This document shows positions 24,709-35,635 of a DNA stretch of 46,793 nucleotides, piece after piece; the first letter of the stretch is position 1; each line of letters starts with the position of its first letter. The notes beneath the pieces are model-generated. The model worked only from the letters and a program-made list of their open reading frames with translations, had not been told where the DNA came from and did not search any database. A program made the position numbers and the translations under genes. This DNA comes from an uncultured Bacilli bacterium (GTDB lineage Bacteria > Bacillota_I > Bacilli_A > RF39 > UBA660): positions 1 through 46,793 of the forward strand of contig CANRDZ010000001.1 of the NCBI GenBank assembly GCA_947629465.1, written 5' to 3'.

Positions 24709-25821
24709 ATGGATAGTAAAGCATTTATTAAAGCATTAGATCAAATAGTTAAAGAGAAAAATATTAGTTCTGATATCGTTTTTGATGCAATGACTTTAGC
24801 ATTGCAAACAGCTTATAAGAAAAATTTTGATTCTAAAACTAATGTAAGAGTTGATATTAATAGAGAAACTGGCGAAATTAAAGTTTTTTCTTATTTAGTA
24901 GTAGTTGATGAAATTGATGAAGGTGGAGAAGAAGTTGATGAAGAAGGAAATGTAATAGAAATTCCGCCAAAAATTAATCTTGATGCTCAAATTTTATTAG
25001 AAGATGCAAAAGAAATAGATCCTAATGCTAAAGTAGGAGATATTATTGAAAAAGAAGTTACACCAAAAGATTTTGGAAGAGTTGCAGCTGGAACAGCAAA
25101 ACAAGTTGTTACTCAAAAAATAAGAGAGGCTGAAAAAAATAGTATAATTGAAGAATTTCAAGATAAAGAAGCTGAACTTATGTTAGGATTGGTAGCAATG
25201 GAAGACCAAAAAAATTATTATATTGATTTAGGTCGAACAAGAGGTATACTTCCTAAAAGTGAAATTATTCCTGGTGAGACTATTAAAATGGGTTCTAATA
25301 TTAGAGTATATATAACTAAAGTTGAAAGTGGAACTAAAGGACCTATTATAATGCTTTCTAGAAAACATTATGGTTTTGTAAAAAGATTATTTGAATCTTT
25401 TATTCCTGAACTTCAAGATGGAGAAGTAGTATTATATGGAGTAGCAAGAGATGCAGGTAATAGAAGTAAAGTTGCTTTATATTCAAATAATGAGAGAATT
25501 GATGCAATTGGTTCATGTATTGGTGAAAAAGGTAGTAGAATAGCAAATATTTTAAAAGAATTAAATGGAGAAAAAGTTGATTTAGTTTTATATGATGAAA
25601 ATCCAGAAGTATTTATTGCAAATGCTTTATCACCAGCTAAAAATGTTATTGTAAATATAATTGATAATGAAAAAAAGGAAGCTCTTGCAATAGTTACTGA
25701 TGATAATTTAAGTTTAGCTATTGGTAAAAAAGGAAGTAATATAAGATTAGCAAGTAAGCTTACTAAATATAAATTAGAAATTAAAACTTTATCTCAAATT
25801 AATGCTGAAGGTAATAAATAG
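24709..25821 (+). CDS. nusA: Transcription termination/antitermination factor NusA
   Basis: N-terminal domain, S1 (GLVAMEDQKNYYIDLGRTRGILP), KH1/KH2 (GSCIGEKGSRI; AIGKKGSNIRLA). Confidence 0.9.
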   Translation: MDSKAFIKALDQIVKEKNISSDIVFDAMTLALQTAYKKNFDSKTNVRVDINRETGEIKVFSYLVVVDEIDEGGEEVDEEGNVIEIPPKINLDAQILLEDAKEIDPNAKVGDIIEKEVTPKDFGRVAAGTAKQVVTQKIREAEKNSIIEEFQDKEAELMLGLVAMEDQKNYYIDLGRTRGILPKSEIIPGETIKMGSNIRVYITKVESGTKGPIIMLSRKHYGFVKRLFESFIPELQDGEVVLYGVARDAGNRSKVALYSNNERIDAIGSCIGEKGSRIANILKELNGEKVDLVLYDENPEVFIANALSPAKNVIVNIIDNEKKEALAIVTDDNLSLAIGKKGSNIRLASKLTKYKLEIKTLSQINAEGNK

Positions 25822-25835
25822 TTAAGGAGTTTTAA

Positions 25836-26096
25836 ATGAAGACAAAGAAAATTCCAATGCGTACTTGTATAATTACTAAAGAAAAGTGTGAAAAAAAAGA
25901 TTTAGTTAGAGTAGTAAGAACTCCAGAAGGGAATGTAGTTGTTGATATAACGGGAAAGAAAAATGGCCGAGGAGCTTATTTAAAAAAAGATAAAGATGTT
26001 TTTGCAAAAGCAAAGCAAAGTGGAATTTTGGAAAAGGTTTTAGAAATTAAAATAACTGATGAAGTTTATGAAGAATTAAATAATTTATTAAAATAA
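25836..26096 (+). CDS. ylxR: YlxR/RnpM family RNA-binding protein (DUF448)
   Basis: PMRTCIITKEKCEKKDLVRVV ... GRGAYL signature. Conserved position after nusA. Confidence 0.8.
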   Translation: MKTKKIPMRTCIITKEKCEKKDLVRVVRTPEGNVVVDITGKKNGRGAYLKKDKDVFAKAKQSGILEKVLEIKITDEVYEELNNLLK

Positions 26097-26112
26097 GAAA
26101 GGAATTGGTTAA

Positions 26113-28221
26113 ATGAGTGTTAAAGATTATGCTAAAGATTTAAATTTATCTGTGGCTGAAGTTTTAAAAAAATGTCGTGAATTAGGAATTAATGTTTTTA
26201 ATGGTGATGATTTTTTAGAAGACGATGATATAGTAATGTTAGATAACACTTTAAATTTAATTAGTACTGATGAAGAAATTACTTATGATGAAGATGAATT
26301 AGTAGAAAATATTGCTTTTGATATTATGGAAAGTAATAATATATCTGAAAGTAATACATCTAAAAAGCAAAAATTGAAAAAGAAAGATCGTACTAGTGAA
26401 AATAAAGATAATTATCAAATATTAAAAAAAGAAATGTATAAGCATAAAGAAAAATTAATGGATAATTCATCTTCAAATGAAGATATTGTTTTATATAAAA
26501 AAGGAATGAGTGTTAAAGCATTAGCTGATAGTTTGAATGTTAATGGTGCTGATATTGTCAAAAAATTAATTTCTTTAGGGTTAATGCTTAGTTTAAGTGA
26601 TCCAATTGATTTTGAAAATGCAGAATTAATTACATTAGATTATGGTAAAACTTTAAAACATGAAGAAACTCAAGATTTAGCTAATTTTGAAGAATTCGAA
26701 ATTATTGATCGAGATGAAGATTTAGTAAAAAGACCTCCAATAGTTACTATTATGGGACATGTTGATCATGGTAAAACAACTTTACTTGATTACATTAGAA
26801 ATTCACATGTTGTTGATAGTGAATTTGGAGGAATAACTCAACATATTGGAGCTTATCAAATAGATCATAATGGCAATAAAATTACATTTATTGATACACC
26901 AGGACATGCTGCTTTTACTGAAATGAGAGCTAGAGGAGCTAGTGTTACTGATATTGTTATTATAATTGTTGCTGCCGATGACGGGGTTATGCCTCAAACT
27001 AAAGAAGCTATTGATCATGCTAAAGTTGCTAAAGTACCAATTATAGTGGCAGTTAATAAAATTGATAAGCCTGATGCTAATCCTGAAAAAATTTTAACAG
27101 AAATGTCTGAATATGGTATTACTCCAGAAGCTTGGGGTGGTGATGTACCTTTTATTAATATATCTGCTAAAACAGGAGAAGGTGTATCCTTATTATTAGA
27201 AACTATTGAAACAATTGCGGAAATTAATGATTATAAAGCTAATCCGAATAGATATGCTTCAGGTGTTGTTATTGAATCACGTTTAGATAAAAATATTGGT
27301 GGAGTAGCATCCTTTATTATTCAAAATGGAACTTTAAGAATTGGCGATCCAATTGTTGTAGGAGAATATTTTGGTAAAGTTAGAACTATGAAAAATGATT
27401 TAGGAGAATCTATTGTGGAAGCTTATCCTTCTATGCCAGTTGAAGTAACAGGTATATCTGATAATCCTTCAGCGGGAGATAAATTTATGGCTTTTGAAAC
27501 TGAAAGTAAAGCTAAAGAAATAGCCAATAAAAGAAAAAATATAGCTCTATCCAAATATCAAACTAATATTGTTTCATTAGATGATTTATTTAAACAAATT
27601 GAAAATGGAAATAAAGAAGTTAATGTTTTAATTAAAGCTGATGTTAGAGGTAGCGAAGAAGCAGTTAAAAATGCTCTTCAAAAAATTACAGTTGGTGATG
27701 TTAAAGTTAATGTTATTAGAAGTGGAATTGGAACAATTACTGAAAGTGATGTTGTTCTAGCTAATGCTTCAAATGCTATTATCATTGGTTTTAATGTTGT
27801 TCCAAGTAATATAACCAAAGAAATAGCTAAAGAATATAATGTTGATATTAGATTATATACAATTATATATAAATTAGTTGAAGAAATGGAATTAGCAATG
27901 AAAGGTATGTTAGATCCTGAATTTGAAGATAAAATTATAGGTACTGCTGAAATTAGAAAAATATTTAAATTTTCTAAAATTGGTAATATTGCTGGTTGTT
28001 ATATAACTGATGGAATCATTAAAAATAATTGTAGTGTTAGATTAATTCGTGATGGTGTAGTTTTATGTGAAGATAAAATTTCTTCATTACAAAAAGGTAA
28101 AGAAAGTGTTAAAGAAATGAAGAAAGGATTTGAATGCGGTATTACTTTAGAAAATTTTAATGATATTAAAGAAGGAGATATTTTAGAAGCATTCGAATTA
28201 GTTGAGGTTAAACATGAATAG
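26113..28221 (+). CDS. infB: Translation initiation factor IF-2
   Basis: GTPase motifs MGHVDHGKTTLLD, DTPGHAAF, NKID, and C-terminal IF-2 domains. 702 aa. Confidence 0.95.
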   Translation: MSVKDYAKDLNLSVAEVLKKCRELGINVFNGDDFLEDDDIVMLDNTLNLISTDEEITYDEDELVENIAFDIMESNNISESNTSKKQKLKKKDRTSENKDNYQILKKEMYKHKEKLMDNSSSNEDIVLYKKGMSVKALADSLNVNGADIVKKLISLGLMLSLSDPIDFENAELITLDYGKTLKHEETQDLANFEEFEIIDRDEDLVKRPPIVTIMGHVDHGKTTLLDYIRNSHVVDSEFGGITQHIGAYQIDHNGNKITFIDTPGHAAFTEMRARGASVTDIVIIIVAADDGVMPQTKEAIDHAKVAKVPIIVAVNKIDKPDANPEKILTEMSEYGITPEAWGGDVPFINISAKTGEGVSLLLETIETIAEINDYKANPNRYASGVVIESRLDKNIGGVASFIIQNGTLRIGDPIVVGEYFGKVRTMKNDLGESIVEAYPSMPVEVTGISDNPSAGDKFMAFETESKAKEIANKRKNIALSKYQTNIVSLDDLFKQIENGNKEVNVLIKADVRGSEEAVKNALQKITVGDVKVNVIRSGIGTITESDVVLANASNAIIIGFNVVPSNITKEIAKEYNVDIRLYTIIYKLVEEMELAMKGMLDPEFEDKIIGTAEIRKIFKFSKIGNIAGCYITDGIIKNNCSVRLIRDGVVLCEDKISSLQKGKESVKEMKKGFECGITLENFNDIKEGDILEAFELVEVKHE

Positions 28222-28555
28222 CCATAAAGTTGATCGCATAGCAAGTGATATAATAAAATATTTAGGTAATATTATTTATACAGAAACAAGAGATAATTTA
28301 TTAAAATCTATTACATTAACCGATATTAAATTAAGTAAAGATTTAAGTTATGCTAAAATATATTTTACTAGTATTTTAGATATGCCTCATCAAGAAATAG
28401 AAAAAGAAGTAAATGAAGCTTCACCATATTTAAGGGGATGTTTAGCTAAAGTCATTGATATTAGAAATATTCCAGAATTAAAATTTGAATATGATGAATC
28501 AATAGAGTATGCAAATAATATTGAAAAAATTATTGAGAAAATAAATAATAATTAG
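28214..28555 (+). CDS. rbfA: Ribosome-binding factor A
   Basis: ATG overlaps the infB stop (ATGAATAG). RIASDIIKYLGNII...YAKIYFT...LRGCLAKVIDIRNIPELKF pattern. Confidence 0.85.
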   Translation: MNSHKVDRIASDIIKYLGNIIYTETRDNLLKSITLTDIKLSKDLSYAKIYFTSILDMPHQEIEKEVNEASPYLRGCLAKVIDIRNIPELKFEYDESIEYANNIEKIIEKINNN

Positions 28556-28645
28556 AGAGAAAAATAAAGAAGGAGAAATGATATATATTAGTTAGTATTA
28601 AGTACAATCTCTCTAGTAACTAACTATATATTTCAGATAAATATT

Positions 28646-29236
28646 ATGAATTTAAATAATTTACATATGGTAATAAATGATGATGGATTTTTAACAGATA
28701 AGGAAAGATATTTATTAATAAAAGCATATTTTGAATTATTTAGTAGAATGTATGGTAAAGATGTTCCAACAGCTCTTTTAGAAGTTTTAAAGTTAGATGA
28801 AAATCATCAATTAACTAAAAAGATTTTGAATTTATCAGAAAATTATAAAAAAGCATTATTGGCTTTAAAACAAATAATGCCAGATATTAATGGAAAATAT
28901 TTAAAATTGTTAATGATTTATAATAATAATGAATTAGTTGCTGCGGCAAGATTTGGAAGTTTAAGTGAAAAAGTTGGAAGTATTCCTGATGCTGTTTTTA
29001 TGGTTTCTTTAGAAGAGAGAAAAATATTATGGCCAAAGATGATTAAATATATAGAAAATTATTTAAAATTAAATGGTTATGAAAAAATGTATATTGAAGT
29101 ACCTCTTGTTGATCCTTTTCTTTTAAAAGGCTGTTTTGATTTAAATTTTCATGAAGATTATGAAGATATAGTAAAAAATGAAGGGACAAGGACTTATTTT
29201 TTAAATAAAACTTTAGAAAGAAAAAAGAATGAATAA
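28646..29236 (+). CDS. Hypothetical protein (possibly GNAT-like fold), lineage-specific insert between rbfA and truB
   Basis: 196-aa ORF. ELVAAARFGS...KMYIEVPL only vaguely resembles an acetyltransferase core. No firm motif. Confidence 0.35.
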   Translation: MNLNNLHMVINDDGFLTDKERYLLIKAYFELFSRMYGKDVPTALLEVLKLDENHQLTKKILNLSENYKKALLALKQIMPDINGKYLKLLMIYNNNELVAAARFGSLSEKVGSIPDAVFMVSLEERKILWPKMIKYIENYLKLNGYEKMYIEVPLVDPFLLKGCFDLNFHEDYEDIVKNEGTRTYFLNKTLERKKNE

Positions 29237-30065
29237 AGCCATAATTGTTAATAAGGAAGCTGGTTATACTAGTCGAGATGTTGTTAATAAATTAAATTAT
29301 ATTTTAAAAACAAAAAAAATTGGTCATGCTGGAACACTAGATCCTTTAGCAACTGGAGTACTTGTTTGTTTAACTGGAAAATATACTAAACTATTATCAG
29401 TTATAACTAATGAGGAAAAAGAATATATTGCTGAAATAAAATTAGGAATTAAAACAGATACATTAGATATAACTGGTACAATTATTGAAAAAAAAGATAT
29501 AGGCAAATTAGATATAGAGAATATTAAAAAAGTTTTAAAAAGTTTTATAGGAGAGTATAAAGAAACAGTTCCTTTATATTCGGCAGTTCATATTAATGGG
29601 AAAAGATTGTATGAGTATGCAAGAGAAGGAAAAAAAGTTGATTTGCCAGTTAGAAAAGTTTTAATAAAAGATATAGAATTATTAAAATATGAAAAAGATA
29701 TAATTAAATTTAAAGTTTTAGTTAGTAAAGGTACTTATATAAGAAGTTTAATAGATAGTATTTGTGAGAAACTGAATGTTATTGGAACAATGTATAGTTT
29801 AGTAAGAACTAAACAAGGACTCTTTAAGATAGAGGATGCATCTACTTTAGATGATATTGAAAGAGGAAAATATAAATCTTTTTCTTTAGAAGAATTAATA
29901 AAAGTTACAGTAATAGAATTAGATAGTTCTTTAGAAACTAAAGTTTTAAATGGTAATAAAATAGAAATGAATAAAGATGGGTTGATACTTTTTGTAAAAA
30001 ATAATATGGAAATAGCTTTATATTATTTTGAAAATAATATTGGGAGACTTAAAATATTATTTTAA
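29229..30065 (+). CDS. truB: tRNA pseudouridine(55) synthase TruB
   Basis: KIGHAGTLDPLATGVLV catalytic Asp motif, YSAVHINGKRLYEYAREG, GTYIRSL. Confidence 0.9.
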   Translation: MNKAIIVNKEAGYTSRDVVNKLNYILKTKKIGHAGTLDPLATGVLVCLTGKYTKLLSVITNEEKEYIAEIKLGIKTDTLDITGTIIEKKDIGKLDIENIKKVLKSFIGEYKETVPLYSAVHINGKRLYEYAREGKKVDLPVRKVLIKDIELLKYEKDIIKFKVLVSKGTYIRSLIDSICEKLNVIGTMYSLVRTKQGLFKIEDASTLDDIERGKYKSFSLEELIKVTVIELDSSLETKVLNGNKIEMNKDGLILFVKNNMEIALYYFENNIGRLKILF

Positions 30066-30080
30066 ATTAGGGAGTATTAT

Positions 30081-31502
30081 ATGTCTAATCAAGGTAAATT
30101 TAATAATTTTATCAAAAAAATTAATATAGATTATACGAAAAAAATTGTTAATAATTTAGATAGATTAATTGAAGCATTTACAATTTATTATGGCGCTGAT
30201 AAAAGAAAACATATTGAAGATGCTATAAAAGATACTATTTTTATTTGGTATATTGATAATGTTTTAGATGAAATGCATGATGATTTAATTAATGATTCTA
30301 TTAATTTAAGAGCTAATTATACTTTTAAAATATTAAAAATGTTGAATATACCTGTAAAAAATTTGAAAATTTTAGGTGATTTTGATAATTTATATTTAAA
30401 AAAAGAAGGGGTTGTATTAGGAAATGGTCAAGTTGTAGAGGCAACAGTAAGTCAAGTAATTAGTATTATAAAATTATTAGAATTTTTATTTGGTAATAAA
30501 AAGATATTTGATTTTAATTACAATCAAATACCTCTTTATAATTATTTTAATTTAGACAATAAAGAAAAAGAAAAAATAAGAAATATTTTAAAAGAATTTT
30601 TAGAAGAAAAGGAAATAGAAGATAAAATTAAAGAAGTTATTAAATATATGGACAGTTGTAAAGAAAATGCTTTTTTAGAAAAAAAATATTTTGATATTGA
30701 ATATTTTTATCGGTATAAAAATGAAAATTTAAAAATTTTACCTGTTATTTTAAGAATTTTAAAGTTAAAAAGATATTGGCAATTAGTTGGTTCTTATCCG
30801 GCTCAATTTTTAGAATCAGAAAAATCTATATATTATGATTTTATTATGTCTTATTTAAAAGATGCTTTAGCTTTTTGTCTTGATAATGGTGATTGCAGTT
30901 TTATTGTATTTCCTATTTTTAGTGTAAGTGATAAGTTTTTAATTCATGAATTAAATCATCGAGTTAAATCTAATATTTTAGGTCATGATGATAGTAGATT
31001 ATTGACTTTAAGTGGAATATCACTTTCTTTTGGTAAAAATTGTTATCATAAAGATGAGGGAATAGAAGAAGTAATTAATGATTTACAAGCTAGAGATATT
31101 ACGGAAATATTTCATAATTTGGGCGAGACAATTTTTGATTCAGAAAGAGATTTTGGAATAAAAATTCATGAACTTTATCCTCTTTTATATCCTTTGGTTG
31201 AAAAATTTTATCAAAAGTATAAAAATGAATTAAAAGAAGTTGGTTTAGAAGGTAGTTTAAATAAGCTTTTTAAATTTATTGATAAAAATAATTTTTATAA
31301 ATATGCTAGTTTTATTCAAAAATTTTATTTGGCGTTACTAGAAGAAAAGGAAGTTTTTTGCCTTAGTGAAGAAAATTTAGAAGAAGCTTTAAAATATATT
31401 GATAAATTAGTTAAAGAGGAAGAAAAAGTAAATTTTGAACATTTTTATGATATAGTAGGATATAGGAAAAATATTCCTTTAGTAAGGGCAAGAAAAAGAT
31501 AA
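30081..31502 (+). CDS. Hypothetical protein with an HExxH (HELNH) motif, in the position usually held by ribF
   Basis: 473-aa ORF with GGAG RBS. FLIHELNHRV is a candidate zinc-metalloprotease motif. Otherwise unrecognised. Confidence 0.4.
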   Translation: MSNQGKFNNFIKKINIDYTKKIVNNLDRLIEAFTIYYGADKRKHIEDAIKDTIFIWYIDNVLDEMHDDLINDSINLRANYTFKILKMLNIPVKNLKILGDFDNLYLKKEGVVLGNGQVVEATVSQVISIIKLLEFLFGNKKIFDFNYNQIPLYNYFNLDNKEKEKIRNILKEFLEEKEIEDKIKEVIKYMDSCKENAFLEKKYFDIEYFYRYKNENLKILPVILRILKLKRYWQLVGSYPAQFLESEKSIYYDFIMSYLKDALAFCLDNGDCSFIVFPIFSVSDKFLIHELNHRVKSNILGHDDSRLLTLSGISLSFGKNCYHKDEGIEEVINDLQARDITEIFHNLGETIFDSERDFGIKIHELYPLLYPLVEKFYQKYKNELKEVGLEGSLNKLFKFIDKNNFYKYASFIQKFYLALLEEKEVFCLSEENLEEALKYIDKLVKEEEKVNFEHFYDIVGYRKNIPLVRARKR

Positions 31503-31630
31503 TTTTGATAATAAATTTGTTTACTTTTAAGCAATTTTATAATATAATTAATATTGAAGTTTTTACTTGGATTAAAAAAATTCCGATTTTAATCTCAGTT
31601 AAAACCGATTAATAGAAAGGAAGAAAAAAT

Positions 31631-31900
31631 ATGGCTTTAAACAAAGAAGAAAAAGCAAAAATAATTAAAGAATTTGCTAAAAATGAAAAAGATTGTGGTT
31701 CTGCTGAAGTTCAAATTGCACTTTTAACTAAAGAAATTAATGAACTTACCCAACATATGCAAGAACATATACACGATTATCATTCAAAAAGAGGCCTTCT
31801 TATGAAAGTAGGAAGAAGAAAAAAATTACTTAATTATTTAAAAGAAAATGATATAGTAAGTTACAGAGAAGTAATTAAAAAATTAGATTTAAGAAAATAA
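31631..31900 (+). CDS. rpsO: 30S ribosomal protein S15
   Basis: GSAEVQIALLTKEINELTQHMQEHIHDYHSKRGLLMKVGRRKKLLNYL. Confidence 0.95.
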   Translation: MALNKEEKAKIIKEFAKNEKDCGSAEVQIALLTKEINELTQHMQEHIHDYHSKRGLLMKVGRRKKLLNYLKENDIVSYREVIKKLDLRK

Positions 31901-31901
31901 G

Positions 31902-31927
31902 GGCACTTTGTTTTAGTGTCTTTTTTT
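31902..31927 (+). terminator. Hairpin plus T7 between rpsO and pnp (partial terminator/attenuator)
   Basis: ggcact/agtgtc stem (one G-U), 7-nt loop, ttttttt. Confidence 0.5.
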
Positions 31928-31944
31928 ATTAGAAAGAGGTTATT

Positions 31945-34113
31945 ATGAAAGACGTATTTGAATTAGATTTTTATGGAAGAAAATTAATTGTAGAGCATGG
32001 TGAATTAGCTAAACAAGCTCATGGTGCTGTTTTAGTAAGATTTGATGATACAGTTATTTTAAGTACTGCTGTTGTATCAAAAACGGCAAATTTATTATCT
32101 GATTTCTTTCCTTTGATGGTTTTATATAACGAAAAACTATATTCAGTCGGTAAAATTCCGGGAGGATTTATTAAAAGAGAAGGAAGACCTACAGATAATG
32201 CCACACTAGCTGCGAGAATGATTGATAGACCAATGCGTCCGTTATTTCCAGAAGACTTTAGAAATGAAGTTCAAATTGTTAATACAGTCTTAAGTGTTGA
32301 TCAAGATAATTCGCCTGAATTAACAGCATTATTTGGTTCATCTTTAGCAACTTGTATTAGTAAAATCCCTTTTAATGGTCCAGTTGCTGCGGTTAAAGTA
32401 GGAAGAATTAATGGTGAATTTATTATTGATCCAACGGTTGAAGAATTAGAAGCTTCAGATATAGATTTAACAGTTGCAGGAACTAAAGACGCAATTAATA
32501 TGGTTGAAGCTGGTGCTAAAGAAGTTAGTGAAGATGATATGTTAGAAGCATTGCTTTTTGGACATGAAGCGGTTAAAAAATTAGTAGAATTTCAAGAAAA
32601 AATTATTGAAGCTATTGGTGAAGAAAAGATGGAATATCCTCATCTAGAAATCTCTGATGAGCTTAAGAGTGATATTGAAGATTTAGTAGCTAAAAAATTA
32701 GATGAAGCAATGCGTATTAAAGATAAAATAACAATGTATGAAACAATTGAAAATTTGAAAAATGAAACAATTGAAAAATATAAATTAGAAAATGAAAATG
32801 ATTTAAAAATTGATGAATTAAATGAGCTTCTTACTAAAGTTGCAATAGTATTTGAGAATATTCAATATAATGTTTTTAGAAAAATTGTAGTTGATGAAAA
32901 AATAAGAATAGATGGAAGAAGAATGGATGAAATAAGACCAATAAGTGCTTCAATTGATATATTACCACGAACTCATGGTTCAGCATTATTTACAAGAGGT
33001 CAAACTCAAAGTTTATCTATTACTACTCTTGGAGCTTTAGGAGAAAGCCAAATGTTGGATGGACTTTCAATTGAAGAAGAAAAAAGATTTATGTTACATT
33101 ATAATTTTCCTCAATTTAGTGTTGGTGAAACTGGTCGTTATGGTTCTCCCGGAAGAAGAGAAATTGGTCATGGAGCTTTAGGAGAACGAGCCCTTTTACA
33201 AGTAATTCCTTCTGAAGAAGAATTCCCTTATACAATTAGAGTAGTATCTGAAATACTTGAAAGTAATGGTTCTTCTAGTCAAGCTAGTATTTGTGCTGGA
33301 TGCTTATCATTAATGGCTGCTGGAGTACCAATAAAAGCGCCGGTAGCTGGTATTGCGATGGGATTAATTACAAGTGGTAATAATTATACAATTTTGACAG
33401 ATATTCAAGGAATGGAAGATCATTTAGGAGATATGGATTTTAAAGTAGCTGGTACTAGACAAGGTATTTGTGCTCTACAAATGGATATTAAAATAGATGG
33501 AGTAAATAAAAATATTTTAAAAGAGGCTTTAGCTCAAGCCAAAAAAGCCAGAATGGAAATTCTTGATTTGTTTGAGACCGTTATCAAAGAACCTCGTAAA
33601 GAGTTAAGCAAATATGCACCAAAAATTGAAACCTTTACAATTGATCCTGAAAAAATTAAAGATGTAATTGGTCGTGGTGGCGAAATGATAACTAAAATTA
33701 TTCTTGAAGCAAGTAATGTTAAATCTGTTAATGATAAAGATGCAGTTAAAGTTGATTTAGAAGATGATGGAAGAGTAGTAATTTATCATCGTGATGCAAA
33801 TATTATTGCTAAAACAAAAGAAATGATTGAAATGGTTATAAGAGAAGTAAAGACTGGGGAAATATATACAGGTAAAGTTGTAAAAGTTGAAGATTTTGGA
33901 TGTTTTGTAGAATTATGGCCAGGTTGTGAAGGAATGGTACATGTTTCACATTTAGACTTTAAACATGTAAATAAAGCAAGTGATATTGTTAAAGTTGGAG
34001 ATGAAATTATAGTAAAATCTTTAGGTTATGACAATAGAGGTCGTTTAAATTTATCAAGAAAAGATGCCTTACCTAAAAAAGAAAAAGAAGAAATAAAAGA
34101 AGAAAAGAAATAA
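31945..34113 (+). CDS. pnp: Polyribonucleotide nucleotidyltransferase (PNPase)
   Basis: Two RNase PH domains ([18 protein letters not shown]), KH (VIGRGGEMI), S1 ([15 protein letters not shown]). Confidence 0.95.
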   Translation: MKDVFELDFYGRKLIVEHGELAKQAHGAVLVRFDDTVILSTAVVSKTANLLSDFFPLMVLYNEKLYSVGKIPGGFIKREGRPTDNATLAARMIDRPMRPLFPEDFRNEVQIVNTVLSVDQDNSPELTALFGSSLATCISKIPFNGPVAAVKVGRINGEFIIDPTVEELEASDIDLTVAGTKDAINMVEAGAKEVSEDDMLEALLFGHEAVKKLVEFQEKIIEAIGEEKMEYPHLEISDELKSDIEDLVAKKLDEAMRIKDKITMYETIENLKNETIEKYKLENENDLKIDELNELLTKVAIVFENIQYNVFRKIVVDEKIRIDGRRMDEIRPISASIDILPRTHGSALFTRGQTQSLSITTLGALGESQMLDGLSIEEEKRFMLHYNFPQFSVGETGRYGSPGRREIGHGALGERALLQVIPSEEEFPYTIRVVSEILESNGSSSQASICAGCLSLMAAGVPIKAPVAGIAMGLITSGNNYTILTDIQGMEDHLGDMDFKVAGTRQGICALQMDIKIDGVNKNILKEALAQAKKARMEILDLFETVIKEPRKELSKYAPKIETFTIDPEKIKDVIGRGGEMITKIILEASNVKSVNDKDAVKVDLEDDGRVVIYHRDANIIAKTKEMIEMVIREVKTGEIYTGKVVKVEDFGCFVELWPGCEGMVHVSHLDFKHVNKASDIVKVGDEIIVKSLGYDNRGRLNLSRKDALPKKEKEEIKEEKK

Positions 34114-34138
34114 TATAATTTATTGAAGGAGTAGTTTT

Positions 34139-34882
34139 ATGATTTTTATTGTTTTGATTTTTTTAATAATTATTTTAGTAAATTCAATTAAGCAAATTAA
34201 TGAATATGAAAGAGGAATTAAATTTAGATTTGGTAAGTTTGTTAAAGTTTTAAATCCTGGTTGGAAAATAGTTATACCTATTATTGAATCTTATAAAAAA
34301 GTAGATATAAGGACTAAAGCAGTAGATGTTCCAAGTCAAGAAGCAATTACAAGAGATAATGTTTCAGTTCAAATTAATGCTGTTATTTACTATAAATTAT
34401 TTGATGCTTCTAAAGCTATTTTAGCTGTTGAAGATTTCTATTATGCAGTTGGTCAATTAGCACAAACGACAATGCGTAATGTCGTTGGTTCAGTATCTTT
34501 AGATGAATTATTAGCGGAAAGAGATAAAATAAGTTCTGAAATATGTAATATAATTGATGAAGCAACTGATCCTTGGGGAATAAAAGTTGAGAATGTTGAA
34601 TTAAAAGATGTATCACTTCCAGAAGATATGAAAAGAGTATTAGCAATTGCGGCAGAAGCTGAAAGAGAAAAACAAGCTGTGGTTACTAAAGCAAAAGGTG
34701 AAGTGGAAGCTTCAAATAATCTTGCTAAAGCAGCTGAAATAATGAGTAAAACACCTGGGGCAATGCATTTAAGAACTTTATCAACATTGAGTGATATTTC
34801 AGGTGATAAATCCAATACAATTCTTTTCTGTTTACCAATAGAAATACTTGATGCTATAAAAGGAAAAAATGAAAAAAAGTAG
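34139..34882 (+). CDS. SPFH/band-7 (stomatin-like) membrane protein
   Basis: N-terminal TM, INEYERGIKFRFGKF, TRDNVSVQINAVIYY, AEAEREKQA coiled segment. Confidence 0.85.
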   Translation: MIFIVLIFLIIILVNSIKQINEYERGIKFRFGKFVKVLNPGWKIVIPIIESYKKVDIRTKAVDVPSQEAITRDNVSVQINAVIYYKLFDASKAILAVEDFYYAVGQLAQTTMRNVVGSVSLDELLAERDKISSEICNIIDEATDPWGIKVENVELKDVSLPEDMKRVLAIAAEAEREKQAVVTKAKGEVEASNNLAKAAEIMSKTPGAMHLRTLSTLSDISGDKSNTILFCLPIEILDAIKGKNEKK

Positions 34883-34945
34883 AAATACTTTTTTTTAATT
34901 GACATAAAATAAGAGTATTGTTATATTTTAAATGAAGTGAATTAT

Positions 34946-35599
34946 ATGAAAAAGAGAAAAAAATTAAATATTGTCTATGAAGATAAAGATATAATTATAA
35001 TTAATAAAGATGCTCATCTTTTAACTATAAGTACAATTAATGAAAAAGAAAATACTTTATATTTTCAAGTTTCTTCTTATTTAAAAAAACAAAATAAGAA
35101 TAATAAAGTATTTATTGTACATCGTTTGGATAAAGAAACTTCTGGTTTAATTATTTTTGCTAAAAGTCTGAAAGTTAAAAAGATATTACAAGATAATTGG
35201 TCTTATGTTAAAAGAGGTTATATTGCTTTAGTTCATGGTAATATTTATGAAGATAAAGGAATTATTAAATCTTATTTAAAGGAAACTAAATCTCATTTTG
35301 TTTATAGTACTATAAAAGGCACAAAAGAAGCTATTACAGAGTATGAAGTAATAAAAAGAAGTAATTTATATAGTTTACTTAAAATTATGATTAAAACGGG
35401 TAAAAAACATCAAATACGTGTTCATTTAAATGATATAGGTCATCCTATAGTAGGAGAGAAGACATATTCTAAATTTAAAGATAAAAAAGATAGATTATAT
35501 TTACATGCTTATTTTTTAGAATTTAAACACCCTATAAATAATAAATTAATTAAAATAGATATTTCTTATCCAAATATATTTTTAAATTATTTTAAATAA
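34946..35599 (+). CDS. RluA-family pseudouridine synthase
   Basis: VHRLDKETSGLIIFAK catalytic motif, KTGKKHQIRVHL. The track ORF starts at a GTG at 34937; the ATG at 34946 is preferred. Confidence 0.85.
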   Translation: MKKRKKLNIVYEDKDIIIINKDAHLLTISTINEKENTLYFQVSSYLKKQNKNNKVFIVHRLDKETSGLIIFAKSLKVKKILQDNWSYVKRGYIALVHGNIYEDKGIIKSYLKETKSHFVYSTIKGTKEAITEYEVIKRSNLYSLLKIMIKTGKKHQIRVHLNDIGHPIVGEKTYSKFKDKKDRLYLHAYFLEFKHPINNKLIKIDISYPNIFLNYFK

Positions 35600-35603
35600 A
35601 AAA

Positions 35604-35634
35604 CCTAATTCAATGATTTTGAATTAGGCTTTTT
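35604..35634. terminator. Bidirectional terminator between convergent genes
   Basis: cctaattcaa/ttgaattagg 10-bp stem flanked by A5 and T5. Confidence 0.7.
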
Positions 35635-35635
35635 A

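Noticed and set aside
30081-31502. Concluding that the organism lacks ribF, ylxQ or ylxP
   Set aside because: Absence from this operon does not show absence from the genome. Only the local synteny change is reported.
31503-31630. Possible S15 autoregulatory leader or riboswitch upstream of rpsO
   Set aside because: No convincing conserved structure or promoter could be derived by eye. The region is long enough for a leader, but I cannot support a fold.
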